A DNA stretch of 64,000 nucleotides from Fimbriimonadia bacterium (GCA_041483895.1 JBGPGO010000001.1:297638-361637), one strand, 5' to 3'. Shown: positions 25,029 to 35,092, counted from the stretch's first letter. The notes: generated by a model not told the origin, from the sequence alone. Translations and numbers: made by a program.

Positions 25029-26903
25029 TCAAGACGATTGGGGAAAAGTGACGGCAACGCGCATATCGTCCACGGGCCAAGGATAATCTTCCGTCGGCAC
25101 CGGATTTGTGAGCATCTGCACGGTGGCGTGGGTCATGGCCACGCCACCGGGCGGGCACACCTTTTCCACGTGCGCCGCGATGTCAATGACCTGAGAAAAG
25201 CTAACTCCTTGCGCCTCCCCGGAAACGGAACCGGAATGGATGCCGATGCGCAACTTGAACGGCTCATCCAGCGTGTTCTGTCGCTCATTGAACTCGGCCA
25301 ATCCCTGCTGAATGGCGAGGCCCGCTGCAAGTGCGTGATCCGGCTCCGGAAACGCGGCGATGGCGCCATCCCCGGCTGTGGAATGGATGACCCCATTGTT
25401 CCCGATCACTCTGTTGGCAATGTATCGATGGAATTCCGTAAACGAATACTCCACAGCGAGCGGGTCCGCGCCCTCTTTCAACTTCGTCGAACCCACAACA
25501 TCGATCGACATGAAGATGGCGTTGCTGCTGCCTCGGTTGAGGGAAGAGCGCAGCTGTTCCAGCTCGTCCGTCAGCACCTTTTTGTCGTTTGCGGCCAGCC
25601 GCCGCTCGCGCTCCAGATTCTGCGCGTGCAGACCGGTGAGCGTTCCGGCCAGCAACGGCACGCCGGCAATGAGCAGCGACCACACGAAGTTAGCTCCGAG
25701 ATGAGCCATGAGACCGGCGGCATTCGGAACGGACGCGAGTCCGTCCGCTTTTGGCGAGAACAACGCTCCAACAACGTGCTGGGGAAGGTCTCCCAGCCCG
25801 CACATTACCGCCATCAAGAGACCGGTTTTGAGGCGGCCAACCAATGTGCCGAGGCTGAAGAGGAATAGGATGGCGGAACTTTGTATCAGGAGGAACAGCA
25901 AGGACTGAACCATGGCCAGCGTGCGACTATCGTGGCCCAGCCACTGCGCCCAGACCAAATTGATCCCTAGCTGCAAGAAGCCGAATGCAACGGCGAACAA
26001 GAGCGCGGTGAGCCATAGCCGGGAACTGAAGAAAATCGCCCGTGGACTTTCTTTTGAAAAAATGGTCCAGCTAATCGGCTCCTTTCCGGATTCCACGATT
26101 GGAGTCGGCGCCGCTTGACCGTTCTCTGTGCCTTCCAAACGTGTCGTCAACTCGAATACGCGGCGAATCAGTGTTTGGCGGTCGGCCTCTCGCTCGGCTT
26201 TCAACCGGCGGGAGGTCTCCGCGTAGGCTCCGGCTGTGGCGGCAAACCCGAACACGGTACCCAAGATCATGAACGCGGTTGCATAGGCGAGAACCAGGAG
26301 GAGGACGACATCCAGTGGAGATGCGATTGAATGCGATCGGACGGTCAGCGCTGCGATGAGAATTGGCAACAGGATTACGATCGGGACTGCCGAGCCCGCC
26401 GCCGCCAACCGAAACGCGAGGCGGATGTTCGCGCTCCGATAGATAAGGCCGCCCTGCAGGAAGGCATATCCCGCCGCGATGAGGATGAGCATGGCGGTGC
26501 TGGCGATCTCCGCGGCCATCCCCGAATGAGACAGGAGGAAGGTCATAAGGGCGAGCATCACAAACAGCACGCTGCAAACGATCAGATAGACGACGGTGAA
26601 CAGAAGGCTTATCAGATACGGGTGTTTGGGGAAGAAGCGATAGAGGAAGTTGATGGGCAACGTCACCAACGCTTTCATCGCCTGGCCAAACGTTGGCCCT
26701 CTTCGATGGCTCGTCTTCTTGCCCTCGTGTTCGAATCGCAGCTTTACCGCGCTGCGCACCGTGCGGATATCGAGACCCGTCTCTTTGCTCAGATCCCGAA
26801 TCTCAGCCGCGGTAGGGCGTACGCTGCGCCGCTCCAGCTCGGCGGCAAGCTGCAGCCAAGGGCTTAGAGACCCCCGCGGTTGTGTGCTCGAAAACTCTGT
26901 CAA
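25029..26903 (-). CDS. membrane-bound class III adenylate/guanylate cyclase
   Basis: 624 aa with a multi-TM central region. The C-terminal CYC domain reads IFMSIDVVGSTKL...STAGDGAIAAF...LRIGIHSGSV. Confidence 0.85.
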   Translation of the reverse strand: MTEFSSTQPRGSLSPWLQLAAELERRSVRPTAAEIRDLSKETGLDIRTVRSAVKLRFEHEGKKTSHRRGPTFGQAMKALVTLPINFLYRFFPKHPYLISLLFTVVYLIVCSVLFVMLALMTFLLSHSGMAAEIASTAMLILIAAGYAFLQGGLIYRSANIRLAFRLAAAGSAVPIVILLPILIAALTVRSHSIASPLDVVLLLVLAYATAFMILGTVFGFAATAGAYAETSRRLKAEREADRQTLIRRVFELTTRLEGTENGQAAPTPIVESGKEPISWTIFSKESPRAIFFSSRLWLTALLFAVAFGFLQLGINLVWAQWLGHDSRTLAMVQSLLFLLIQSSAILFLFSLGTLVGRLKTGLLMAVMCGLGDLPQHVVGALFSPKADGLASVPNAAGLMAHLGANFVWSLLIAGVPLLAGTLTGLHAQNLERERRLAANDKKVLTDELEQLRSSLNRGSSNAIFMSIDVVGSTKLKEGADPLAVEYSFTEFHRYIANRVIGNNGVIHSTAGDGAIAAFPEPDHALAAGLAIQQGLAEFNERQNTLDEPFKLRIGIHSGSVSGEAQGVSFSQVIDIAAHVEKVCPPGGVAMTHATVQMLTNPVPTEDYPWPVDDMRVAVTFPQSS

Positions 26904-27013
26904 TTCCTAATCCCGTTCCTCATACGATTGACGCGGCCAATTGGTTTACCGGCCGGTTCAGTATAAAGCTATACTGGTTCGATTCGCAACGGCTGAATGA
27001 GGGGGTTTCTCGC

Positions 27014-28174
27014 ATGTGGTCCTTTCTTTTGGTAGCGGCGCTGGTTCAGCAGGGGCAAAAGCCCGGCCCGATATTTCAACAGGTGATCCCGAATCCTACC
27101 GGGGAGAACGGATACGAGGAGTTCGTTATGGCGGCGGAGATGGTGACGAATAGCCGAGAATTTCAGATGACGCAGGATGTTGAGAACGGCCCCATCACCC
27201 TGAAGCAGAAACGCGCGGCTGTGACCGCGAACAAGAAAGCCCTGGACCTCCTGCGGTTTGGCCTACAAAAGAAGTCGTTTCAACCCAGGACAGAAATGAC
27301 TGCGGCGACGCTGCTGCCGGAATTCGCCCAGTTTCGCAACATGGCCCGGATGTTGGCGATGGAGCAACAGGTGTTTTTGGCTGATGGGAGCCTTCCCTTG
27401 GCCCTCGACAGCCTTCGCGACGGCCTGCTCTTTTCACACCGCTTCCAAAGCCACATCCTGATTGGAGGCCTCGTTGGCTTGGCGTGCACCTCAATCATCA
27501 TGCGGCCGATCTCGTTGCATTTGGAGCAGTTGGATTACCAGCACTGCAATCGGTTAATCGAACACGTCAAGACTGTCCTGGAAGAACCGAGTCCGGAACT
27601 GAGCCTAGTCGAAGGGGAGGCGAAGTTTGCGGACGAGGAATTGTCCGATCCCAAAACGCTTTTGGAGAATTTGCCATATTTGGCTGGGCCCGAGGAGGTT
27701 TCGCTCCGCAAGGCCGCCGAGGCCGGACCAGAGTATTTCGAGCAAGAAGCTGGCCGAGCCCGCTTGATTGCCCGGGATTATTTCGCCACGATCCGAGCGG
27801 AACTGGGCAAATCGATTTGGGAGCGGAACATTCCCGCCATGTCCGCGGCTGAAAACGACCCGTTGGCCAACCAGATCGCCGCCATGTTTCTGCCCGCATT
27901 TACAGTCGCGTTTTCCCGATTCGCGGAGTCCGATGCAAGGGTGAGGCTGCTCGCCACCCACGCCGGCATTCTCGCGCACCGGTGGTGGTTCGGGGAGCTG
28001 CCAAGCAGTTTGGATGTATTGAAACTGGGCGATCTGGCGATCGATCCGTTCAGCGGCAAGCCGTTCGTCTATAAACCGAGTGGGTGGAATTACAAACTAT
28101 ATTCCGTCGGGGCAGACAAAACGGATAACGACGGCAACGACGATCTGTTTTTGACCCGCGAAGGGATACGATAG
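27014..28174 (+). CDS. secreted hypothetical protein with pseudopilin-like C-terminal motif
   Basis: Trimmed to ATG 27014 (GAGGGGG RBS). The C-terminus DPFSGKPFVYKPSGWNYKLYSVGADKTDNDGNDD resembles the GspG-type C-terminal motif. The rest is unknown. Confidence 0.6.
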   Translation: MWSFLLVAALVQQGQKPGPIFQQVIPNPTGENGYEEFVMAAEMVTNSREFQMTQDVENGPITLKQKRAAVTANKKALDLLRFGLQKKSFQPRTEMTAATLLPEFAQFRNMARMLAMEQQVFLADGSLPLALDSLRDGLLFSHRFQSHILIGGLVGLACTSIIMRPISLHLEQLDYQHCNRLIEHVKTVLEEPSPELSLVEGEAKFADEELSDPKTLLENLPYLAGPEEVSLRKAAEAGPEYFEQEAGRARLIARDYFATIRAELGKSIWERNIPAMSAAENDPLANQIAAMFLPAFTVAFSRFAESDARVRLLATHAGILAHRWWFGELPSSLDVLKLGDLAIDPFSGKPFVYKPSGWNYKLYSVGADKTDNDGNDDLFLTREGIR

Positions 28175-28178
28175 AGAT

Positions 28179-31079
28179 ATGATGCTTTTCGCCCTCATCC
28201 TCTTCTCGCAGACCGCTTTCCGTGACTTTCCCGCCGCGTTTACCACTTACGGCGATGGGGACTGGGGCGTCCGCAATGGCCGCCTCGAACAGAGCAAGCC
28301 CGCCTACGATATCGCTGCCATTCAAAATAAGAAGCCATCCATGGCCGCCTTCGCTCTCACCGTGGTCTTTGAGCGATTGGGAGACGCGATGGGCGGCGGG
28401 CTGATGTTCAACTGCCGCAATAAGGACAAGAAAAACGATTCCATGATGGTGCGGCCGGATGGAGACAACCTCCTGTACGGCCACTTCGATGACGCCGGCG
28501 TCTTCCAGCCGTCCGGTTCGCCGGTGGTTACGACGAAGGCCGGAAAGAACACGCTGACAGTGGTCGCGGACAACGGCAAGGGCCGGTACAGCGTTTTGCT
28601 CAACGGCGTCCGGGTCGTCACGAACGCATTGCTCGACTACACCTCCGGCTATGTCGGCGTCACATCCAGCGGCGGGCCGCACGCATTCTATGATCTGCGT
28701 GTTGAGTCTGCTCCGGCGGCAGAGCTATCGGAGCTGACATCTTCCGTGATCCCCAGACCGGTCTCCGTCGCGGTCGGCGATAAGGTGTTGTATGTTCTGA
28801 CGCATGATAACCCCCCGATTCAGGTGTGGAGCAAGGAGGGCAAACTGCTCCGAAAGATCGGACCTGTGATGACCGGCCAACGAAAGATTGAGATCGTGGT
28901 TGATCCGGATGCACCCGGAAAGGGACGGTTGATTGTCGATTCCGAGAAACTGCTGTTGCTGGACGCACAGAACGGCAAGACGCTGGCATCATCCAACCGG
29001 CCGGAAGATGCCGTCGGCGGTACCGTCGCCTACCTGATTCATACGCCGATGTATTGGTGGGTTTCGAAGGACAAGCAGCTCATCATGGACTATCCCGGAA
29101 TGGCTCATCCGCGCCGCATACCGGTCCCGAAGCTCAACAAGCCCACGTGCATTGGATACCACTTTGGCAGGCTGTATGTGATGGATTCGGACACCGAGCA
29201 TGGCAAGTTCGAGACCCACGTGTTCAATCTGGACGACAATCCGATTGGGGCTATTTATGATTACTCGTTCAGCTCCTGGCTCGATCCGAAAAGTGTGGCG
29301 TTTTTGCCGAATGGCGACATGGTCTATTCCGGCGGACTGGGCTACTACGAGTCTGGCGGCACCATTCGGGTCTTGCACATAGATGGTTCTCGCGTTGACA
29401 ACACGTCGGTTTTCATGTACGGAACGTTAAGCCGCCGAGCGAGTGTGGCGACGGGAGCGGACCGGAAGATCTACGTCGCCGATCCAGACGCGGAAGCGGT
29501 GTATATTCTCGGAGAGGGTATGGTGGAGCCGCGGCTGTATGAGTCCGATCCGGATGTCCAACCGGGGCAGAATGGCAGCGATATCAACATTCGATGGTAC
29601 AGCACCGTTGATACCGGCGGCATGGTTCGATATGGCAGGGAAGGCACATGGCACACCGTATCGGCGGAGCGTTCTGGAAAGTGGTGGTTCGCGACGTTGA
29701 AGGGGCTGCCGCCGAATACGCGGTATGACTACTACTTCAAGCCGGGACCGCGCATGCTTCCTGTTGTGCGCACGTCGCGAAAATACACGTTCCTCACGCC
29801 GCCGCCGCCCGGTAAACGGCAGGCGGTCGAAGTTAATATCCTGACCGCTATCTACCTAAAGACCTTCGCCGATGGAAAGAACCACTACACCATCGGAGAA
29901 GAGGGCGTGCTGGACAAAGTCAAGAGAGAGTTCGCGAAGGGGCGTCTGTTCTATTGGCGCAACAGCCGCTGCCGATTCCACATGAAAATGAACGACTTCG
30001 TGATCGTTCGCGACACAGAGGCGATCGTGAACGGCGGCTGGCTGGAGCCCAATCGCGCGAAGGCCGACCTCGCGAAGATGGGTGTCGACGCATCGAAATA
30101 TGATTCTTTGGTGACTGTCTGGGCGGAGCCGGGATTCAACCCCAACACCGACGATGAATTGGGAGCGGTCGGCGGTGGGGGATTGACGCCGTACGGTTAT
30201 TCGACGTTTGGAATCAATGGCCGCCTCGCATGGCTTCTGACGCATGAATACAACCACCAGGTGGATGCGTTCTACGATCGATCGGGATCGGTGAAGTATT
30301 GGCTCAACCATCCGGAATTCACGGTGCATCCAGGCCGGTTTGGGCAGCACTTCGATTGCAACGCATTCATTCTGCGTGAATGGCGGGATGATGAGTATTT
30401 CACCAACGAATTTGGCAAGATCATTTTGTATGATGATAAAGATGGGGACGGAATGCCAGATGAGGATGCAACTCTTCCGATGGACGAGAAGCGATTCGGG
30501 AGCGATCCGAAGAAGAAGAATACCGACGGGGACTGGCTGGACGATTTGGGCGAATTCATGGCGGGTATCTTTAGCGCGACCGATCCGACGGACCCAAAAT
30601 CCGTCCGGTTGTATTCCTGCGATCCTGTCATCCTCCAGACGCCTATGGAGCGTCCAATTGAATTGCGATCACCAAACACCGTCTATCCACCGGGGAGCGA
30701 TCCATCGAAGGCGCCGGCCGGAAGTTTGGGAACGGTCGGCATCACATGGTCGTCGGGTGGCCTCGATCTCACTTTCCAACTCGCTGACTCAAAACCGTTC
30801 CGCGGGCAGATCGATTTCGACATGGACAACGACGGCTGGTTCACTGGCCACGATAATTTTGAATTTGGCTTCGACACGGCGAACAGTTCCGTAAGGCCGC
30901 CTGGCGCTAGTTTGACTTCCTCGGGGTCGTCGTTCGTCTTCCACATTCCGGCGTCCAGTTTGGGAGTGGATACGCTGCAAGACGGGCACATGTTTGGGCT
31001 GCGGCTCCGTGTGGAACAGGATGGCAAGGCAGTTTCGGCATTCGATCCTTGGACGCTCGAGCCGTTTTATCTCAGGTAG
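28179..31079 (+). CDS. 966-aa multidomain secreted protein with an HEXXH motif
   Basis: An N-terminal lectin/DUF1080-like region is followed by propeller-like repeats. An FN3/PAP-N-like segment reads IRWYSTVDTGGMVRYG...TRYDYYF. HEYNH lies at nt 30243..30257. Asp-rich Ca-binding-like repeats read DDKDGDGMPDED...NTDGDWLDD. Confidence 0.7.
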   Translation: MMLFALILFSQTAFRDFPAAFTTYGDGDWGVRNGRLEQSKPAYDIAAIQNKKPSMAAFALTVVFERLGDAMGGGLMFNCRNKDKKNDSMMVRPDGDNLLYGHFDDAGVFQPSGSPVVTTKAGKNTLTVVADNGKGRYSVLLNGVRVVTNALLDYTSGYVGVTSSGGPHAFYDLRVESAPAAELSELTSSVIPRPVSVAVGDKVLYVLTHDNPPIQVWSKEGKLLRKIGPVMTGQRKIEIVVDPDAPGKGRLIVDSEKLLLLDAQNGKTLASSNRPEDAVGGTVAYLIHTPMYWWVSKDKQLIMDYPGMAHPRRIPVPKLNKPTCIGYHFGRLYVMDSDTEHGKFETHVFNLDDNPIGAIYDYSFSSWLDPKSVAFLPNGDMVYSGGLGYYESGGTIRVLHIDGSRVDNTSVFMYGTLSRRASVATGADRKIYVADPDAEAVYILGEGMVEPRLYESDPDVQPGQNGSDINIRWYSTVDTGGMVRYGREGTWHTVSAERSGKWWFATLKGLPPNTRYDYYFKPGPRMLPVVRTSRKYTFLTPPPPGKRQAVEVNILTAIYLKTFADGKNHYTIGEEGVLDKVKREFAKGRLFYWRNSRCRFHMKMNDFVIVRDTEAIVNGGWLEPNRAKADLAKMGVDASKYDSLVTVWAEPGFNPNTDDELGAVGGGGLTPYGYSTFGINGRLAWLLTHEYNHQVDAFYDRSGSVKYWLNHPEFTVHPGRFGQHFDCNAFILREWRDDEYFTNEFGKIILYDDKDGDGMPDEDATLPMDEKRFGSDPKKKNTDGDWLDDLGEFMAGIFSATDPTDPKSVRLYSCDPVILQTPMERPIELRSPNTVYPPGSDPSKAPAGSLGTVGITWSSGGLDLTFQLADSKPFRGQIDFDMDNDGWFTGHDNFEFGFDTANSSVRPPGASLTSSGSSFVFHIPASSLGVDTLQDGHMFGLRLRVEQDGKAVSAFDPWTLEPFYLR

Positions 31080-31166
31080 ACGCGGGCCAGCTTGCCGATA
31101 CCCTTTCGTCCGCCGAATCCAAAGGCCCGCGTTTGACCACGGCGGAAGCGCCACAACGATTGGATA

Positions 31167-31742
31167 TCAGAAATTCCCGCCTTCGTCACTGCCGCGGTGG
31201 ATCTCCACCATTCGGCCGGCGTCATCGATCATCTTCATGACGCTCATACCCGGACCGGGGCCGCCACCGCCCTGCATCCGGCTGATCGCATCCTGCTGTT
31301 GTGGCGAAAGGTCCTCCCAATTCAGATAGCCGCGGTCATCCATCAGGTCCCATTGCTTTCGGTTCAGCATTCCATGAATGCCTTCGCTCGCCTTAATTCC
31401 TTGCAGATCGGTCTTCCCTTTTAGGATGTACTCGCCGTCCTTGCCCTCTTTCCACGTCGAGGAAGAGGCCTTGGCGATAGCCGCCAACAGTTCGCGTAAG
31501 GGCCTGTCGGTCCGCAGAGCATAGACATGGGCATCCTGTTTCGCCTTCGCGTTCATCGCCAGCTTGAGGCCAGTTTTCGTCGCGATCCCCTCCACAATCT
31601 CCGACAAAGATTGGCCTTTGATTGTGGTTTTGTACACTTCGTCGAACTTCGGGCTGCCGGCAAACAGCTTGGAAGCCTCCGTCTGCCCATGCCCATAGCT
31701 GCCCAAGAAAATACCAATTGCTAATGCAATCCATTTATTCAT
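31167..31742 (-). CDS. secreted hypothetical protein (paralog A)
   Basis: Trimmed to ATG 31742 (signal peptide MNKWIALAIGIFLGSYG). It shares GYLNWEDLSPQQQ and the overall layout with the upstream gene. ATGA overlap. Confidence 0.65.
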   Translation of the reverse strand: MNKWIALAIGIFLGSYGHGQTEASKLFAGSPKFDEVYKTTIKGQSLSEIVEGIATKTGLKLAMNAKAKQDAHVYALRTDRPLRELLAAIAKASSSTWKEGKDGEYILKGKTDLQGIKASEGIHGMLNRKQWDLMDDRGYLNWEDLSPQQQDAISRMQGGGGPGPGMSVMKMIDDAGRMVEIHRGSDEGGNF

Positions 31743-32347
31743 TGGTCGTCTCCAAATTTGATGGTCAGGTCGCCGAATTCGGGCGAGCGGAACTTCATCG
31801 CCATGTGATTTCCCTCTTCTCCCCAATGCGGGTTGATCGACTTGAGGTGCTCTTGCTGTTCCGGCGTGAGATCGTTCCAGCCCAGGTAGCCCTGCTGCCT
31901 GTGGAGCGCCTTTTGCTGGTCCGTGAAGCTTCCGATGAACTTTTGCATGTCGGCCTTGTTGGCCTTGAGTCCGCCTGGACCGAGCGGGGTTGGAACGGAA
32001 AACTTCTTCGCGCTTGGCTGCAAGATGATGAAATCTCCCTCGCGCTTCCAGACACCGCTGACCTCTCTTGCGAGGTCAACCAATAGTTTGCGCAGCGTAA
32101 CATTCGTTAGCTTTAGGTTCGGTTTGGTGCCCAACTGGTCCGGGTGCAGTTGGGCAACGATCTCCAGACTGAACTTTTCCCCAATGTCGTTGATGACTTC
32201 TTGGACTGGCTTATCGGCGGTCGTGTAGTCCACCGCCTTGTCAAATCGTTCCTCCGGGAAGGTGGCGTCCTTCGCCTTGACTTCCTGTCCCATCGCCGCG
32301 ACCGATACGGCCAGGACGAAAGCGCTGATGATTGCTTTCAAAACCAA
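31739..32347 (-). CDS. secreted hypothetical protein (paralog B)
   Basis: 202 aa with signal peptide MVLKAIISAFVLAVSVAAMG. It shares GYLGWNDLTPEQQ, TLRKLLVDLAREVSGVWKREGDFIIL and similar features with paralog A. Confidence 0.65.
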   Translation of the reverse strand: MVLKAIISAFVLAVSVAAMGQEVKAKDATFPEERFDKAVDYTTADKPVQEVINDIGEKFSLEIVAQLHPDQLGTKPNLKLTNVTLRKLLVDLAREVSGVWKREGDFIILQPSAKKFSVPTPLGPGGLKANKADMQKFIGSFTDQQKALHRQQGYLGWNDLTPEQQEHLKSINPHWGEEGNHMAMKFRSPEFGDLTIKFGDDQ

Positions 32348-32494
32348 CCTCCTGTTTTAGCCCCTGACGATACGATCTTCAGGGTAAAGGGCTGCCTCGG
32401 TGCCATGCACACATTTGGTACGAATGTGCATGAGCGGAAAGTTTCCGGCGACGGGTAAAATCTCATTCCGGTTCCCGCTTATCGCTGCGGGCAC

Positions 32495-33274
32495 ATGGAG
32501 GTGACCTTGGCGACGACTTCTCAAACCGCCGAGCCGCGGGCGATAACCCATCCGCGCCGGAAGGATGCTTGGTGGGTGATGCCGCTTTTCACCGTTGTGG
32601 TTTTGGGCGGTTTCGGAGTGTACGCGACGTTTCGAGCGTTCGAAGGGTTTTGGTCTCCAGAACTGGCCGGCTTCGAGAACTACCTTTCCCCGTTCTACTC
32701 ACCGCCGATTGCCGAATGGCTGGGCATTCAGCATCTCGTGCCGACGGCGATCCTGATCTTGGCCTTCCCACTCACCTTCCGACTGACCTGCTACTACTAT
32801 CGCAAGGCCTATTATCGAGCGTTCTTCTGGGACCCGCCCGCCTGCGCCCTGCCTGAGAGACGGAAAAAATACAAAGGTGAGACGGCATTTCCGTTCGTGC
32901 TCGTCAATATCCATCGGATCACCTTCTTCTTCGCGGCGATATTCGTGGCGTTCCTTTGGTACGACACCTTTCAGGCCTTCATCTTTGACGGCAGGTTTGG
33001 CATCGGGCTCGGCAGCATTCTGTTCCTCGTCAACATCGTCTTGCTCTCGGTCTACACCTTCTCGTGCCACTCATTCCGGCACCTGATCGGAGGCAAGCTG
33101 GACTGCTTCTCCTGCCCAAAGGCACAGATTCGGTACAAGCTTTGGAACCGGGTCTCCATCTGGAATCGCAACCACATGCTCTGGGCTTGGCTCAGCCTGT
33201 TTTCCGTTGCGATTGTCGACATCTATGTTCGGTTTTTGGCGGCAGGCATAATCACCGATGTGAGGTTTTTCTAA
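32495..33274 (+). CDS. sdhC: succinate dehydrogenase/fumarate reductase membrane anchor subunit (single 5-TM type)
   Basis: 259-aa hydrophobic protein immediately upstream of sdhA (TAA then ATG). It resembles the single-anchor subunits of actinobacterial-type three-gene CAB operons. It carries the Cys/His cluster FSCHSFRH...CFSC. Confidence 0.7.
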   Translation: MEVTLATTSQTAEPRAITHPRRKDAWWVMPLFTVVVLGGFGVYATFRAFEGFWSPELAGFENYLSPFYSPPIAEWLGIQHLVPTAILILAFPLTFRLTCYYYRKAYYRAFFWDPPACALPERRKKYKGETAFPFVLVNIHRITFFFAAIFVAFLWYDTFQAFIFDGRFGIGLGSILFLVNIVLLSVYTFSCHSFRHLIGGKLDCFSCPKAQIRYKLWNRVSIWNRNHMLWAWLSLFSVAIVDIYVRFLAAGIITDVRFF

Positions 33275-35092
33275 ATGACCGAGTCGTTCGACCAATTTGA
33301 ATACGATGTGCTGATCATCGGCGCCGGGGGAGCGGGGCTTCGCGGCGCGATCGCAGCGCAAGAGGCCGGCGTAAAGATTGGGCTAGTCTGCAAGTCTCTG
33401 TTGGGAAAAGCGCACACGGTGATGGCGGAGGGGGGCGCCGCCGCGGCCCTCGGCAATCTGGACGAAAAAGACGATTGGAAGGTCCACTTCGTCGATACAA
33501 TGAAAGGCGGCAAATTTCTCAACGATCCCAGAACGGTGGAGATTTTCGCGAAGGAGGCGCCGGAACGGGTTCTGGAATTGGAGAAATACGGCGCGGTGTT
33601 CGACCGTACGAACAAGGGTCTGATCTCACAGCGGCCATTCGGTGGGCACCTATATCGGCGATTGAATCATATCGGCGACCGCACCGGACTCGAGCTGATC
33701 CGCACGTTGCAGGACAAGGCCGTGGGCATCGGCGTTCCGGTTCACATGGAGATTACGCTGACCGCGCTGCTGAAGGATGGCGGCCGGGTAAGCGGGGCCA
33801 TCGGATACAACCGTGACTCCGGCAAGCTGATCGTTTTCAAGGCAAAGGCGGTCGTTCTGGCAACGGGCGGATGGGGAAAGATGTTCAAGATCACATCCAA
33901 CTCCTGGGAAAGCACGGGAGATGGCGGGGCGATGGCTTACGATGCCGGAGCGGAGCTGAAGGATATGGAGTTCGTGCAGTTCCATCCGACCGGCATGGTG
34001 TGGCCGCCGGGAGTTCGGGGTTTGCTCGTGACCGAGGCCGTGCGGGGCGACGGCGGCATCCTGACAAACTCGAAGGGCGACCGGTTCATGTTCAAGCCGG
34101 AATACATGCCCGCGCAATACGTGGGCCAATACGCCGAATCGCCGGAGGAAGCGAACCGATGGCTGACGGATAAAACCAACTACCGCCGGCCTCCAGAGTT
34201 GCTGCCGCGCGACGTCGTTGCGAGGTCCATCTACAAGGAGGTACAGGCAGGTCTTGGAAGCGAACACGGGGGCGCTTACTTGGACATTCGGCATCGAGGC
34301 GCGAAGTTCATCAAAGAGAAGCTGCCGAGCATGTACGACCAGTTCCACACGTTGGGCGACATCGATATCACGACTCAGCGCATGGAGGTCGCGCCGACCA
34401 TCCACTACACGATGGGTGGGATTCGGAGCGAGGCGGACAGCTGCGCGACGACGCTTGCCGGTCTGTACGCGGCGGGCGAATGCGCCTGCGGTTTGCATGG
34501 GGCGAATCGGTTAGGTGGCAACTCGCTCAGCGACCTGCTTGTCTTTGGTAAACGCGCCGGGGAATATGCGGCCGAATTCGCATCGAAGAGTGGTGAAGTA
34601 TCGTTGGATGAGGGCCAGATTGAGGCGGAAACCTCCCTGCTGCTGGCCCCCTTTGCCGGCAGCGGCAACGAAAACCCATTCCAAATGCACAAGGAGCTGC
34701 AGGCGATTATGGGGGAACATGCCGGTATCGCGCGCACCACTCAGGGACTCGCGGATGGTCTCGCGCAGCTGCTGAAAGTGAAGCAGCGGCTTTCCGATCT
34801 CAAGGCACAGGGCGGACGGGAATACAACCCGAGCTGGCACACATGCCGCGACGTTCGAAGCATGGTCACTCTGGCGGAAGCCATCTTGCGGTGCGCCGCG
34901 GAGCGCAAGGAGAGCCGAGGCGGGCATTGGTACCTGGACTATCCCGACGAGTCGGAAGTCTGGGCGAAGCAGAACACAATCGCCGTCCAGGAAAACGGGG
35001 AGATGAGCGTACGGACGGTCCCGCTGGCGGAGATGCCGGCGGCGTTACAGGCGCTTTTTGAGGACCCTGCAAAGGTGGCGGTGAAGGCATGA
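33275..35092 (+). CDS. sdhA: succinate dehydrogenase/fumarate reductase flavoprotein subunit
   Basis: 605 aa. FAD motif YDVLIIGAGGAGLRGA, HTVMAEGG (the covalent-FAD His region), and HYTMGG...GLYAAGECA. Confidence 0.95.
   Translation: MTESFDQFEYDVLIIGAGGAGLRGAIAAQEAGVKIGLVCKSLLGKAHTVMAEGGAAAALGNLDEKDDWKVHFVDTMKGGKFLNDPRTVEIFAKEAPERVLELEKYGAVFDRTNKGLISQRPFGGHLYRRLNHIGDRTGLELIRTLQDKAVGIGVPVHMEITLTALLKDGGRVSGAIGYNRDSGKLIVFKAKAVVLATGGWGKMFKITSNSWESTGDGGAMAYDAGAELKDMEFVQFHPTGMVWPPGVRGLLVTEAVRGDGGILTNSKGDRFMFKPEYMPAQYVGQYAESPEEANRWLTDKTNYRRPPELLPRDVVARSIYKEVQAGLGSEHGGAYLDIRHRGAKFIKEKLPSMYDQFHTLGDIDITTQRMEVAPTIHYTMGGIRSEADSCATTLAGLYAAGECACGLHGANRLGGNSLSDLLVFGKRAGEYAAEFASKSGEVSLDEGQIEAETSLLLAPFAGSGNENPFQMHKELQAIMGEHAGIARTTQGLADGLAQLLKVKQRLSDLKAQGGREYNPSWHTCRDVRSMVTLAEAILRCAAERKESRGGHWYLDYPDESEVWAKQNTIAVQENGEMSVRTVPLAEMPAALQALFEDPAKVAVKA

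Noticed and set aside
24618-25868. 416-aa plus-strand ORF downstream of pruA
   Set aside because: It is antisense to the adenylate cyclase gene, which has an unmistakable CYC domain. It has low-complexity Arg/Gly-rich content and starts inside pruA.
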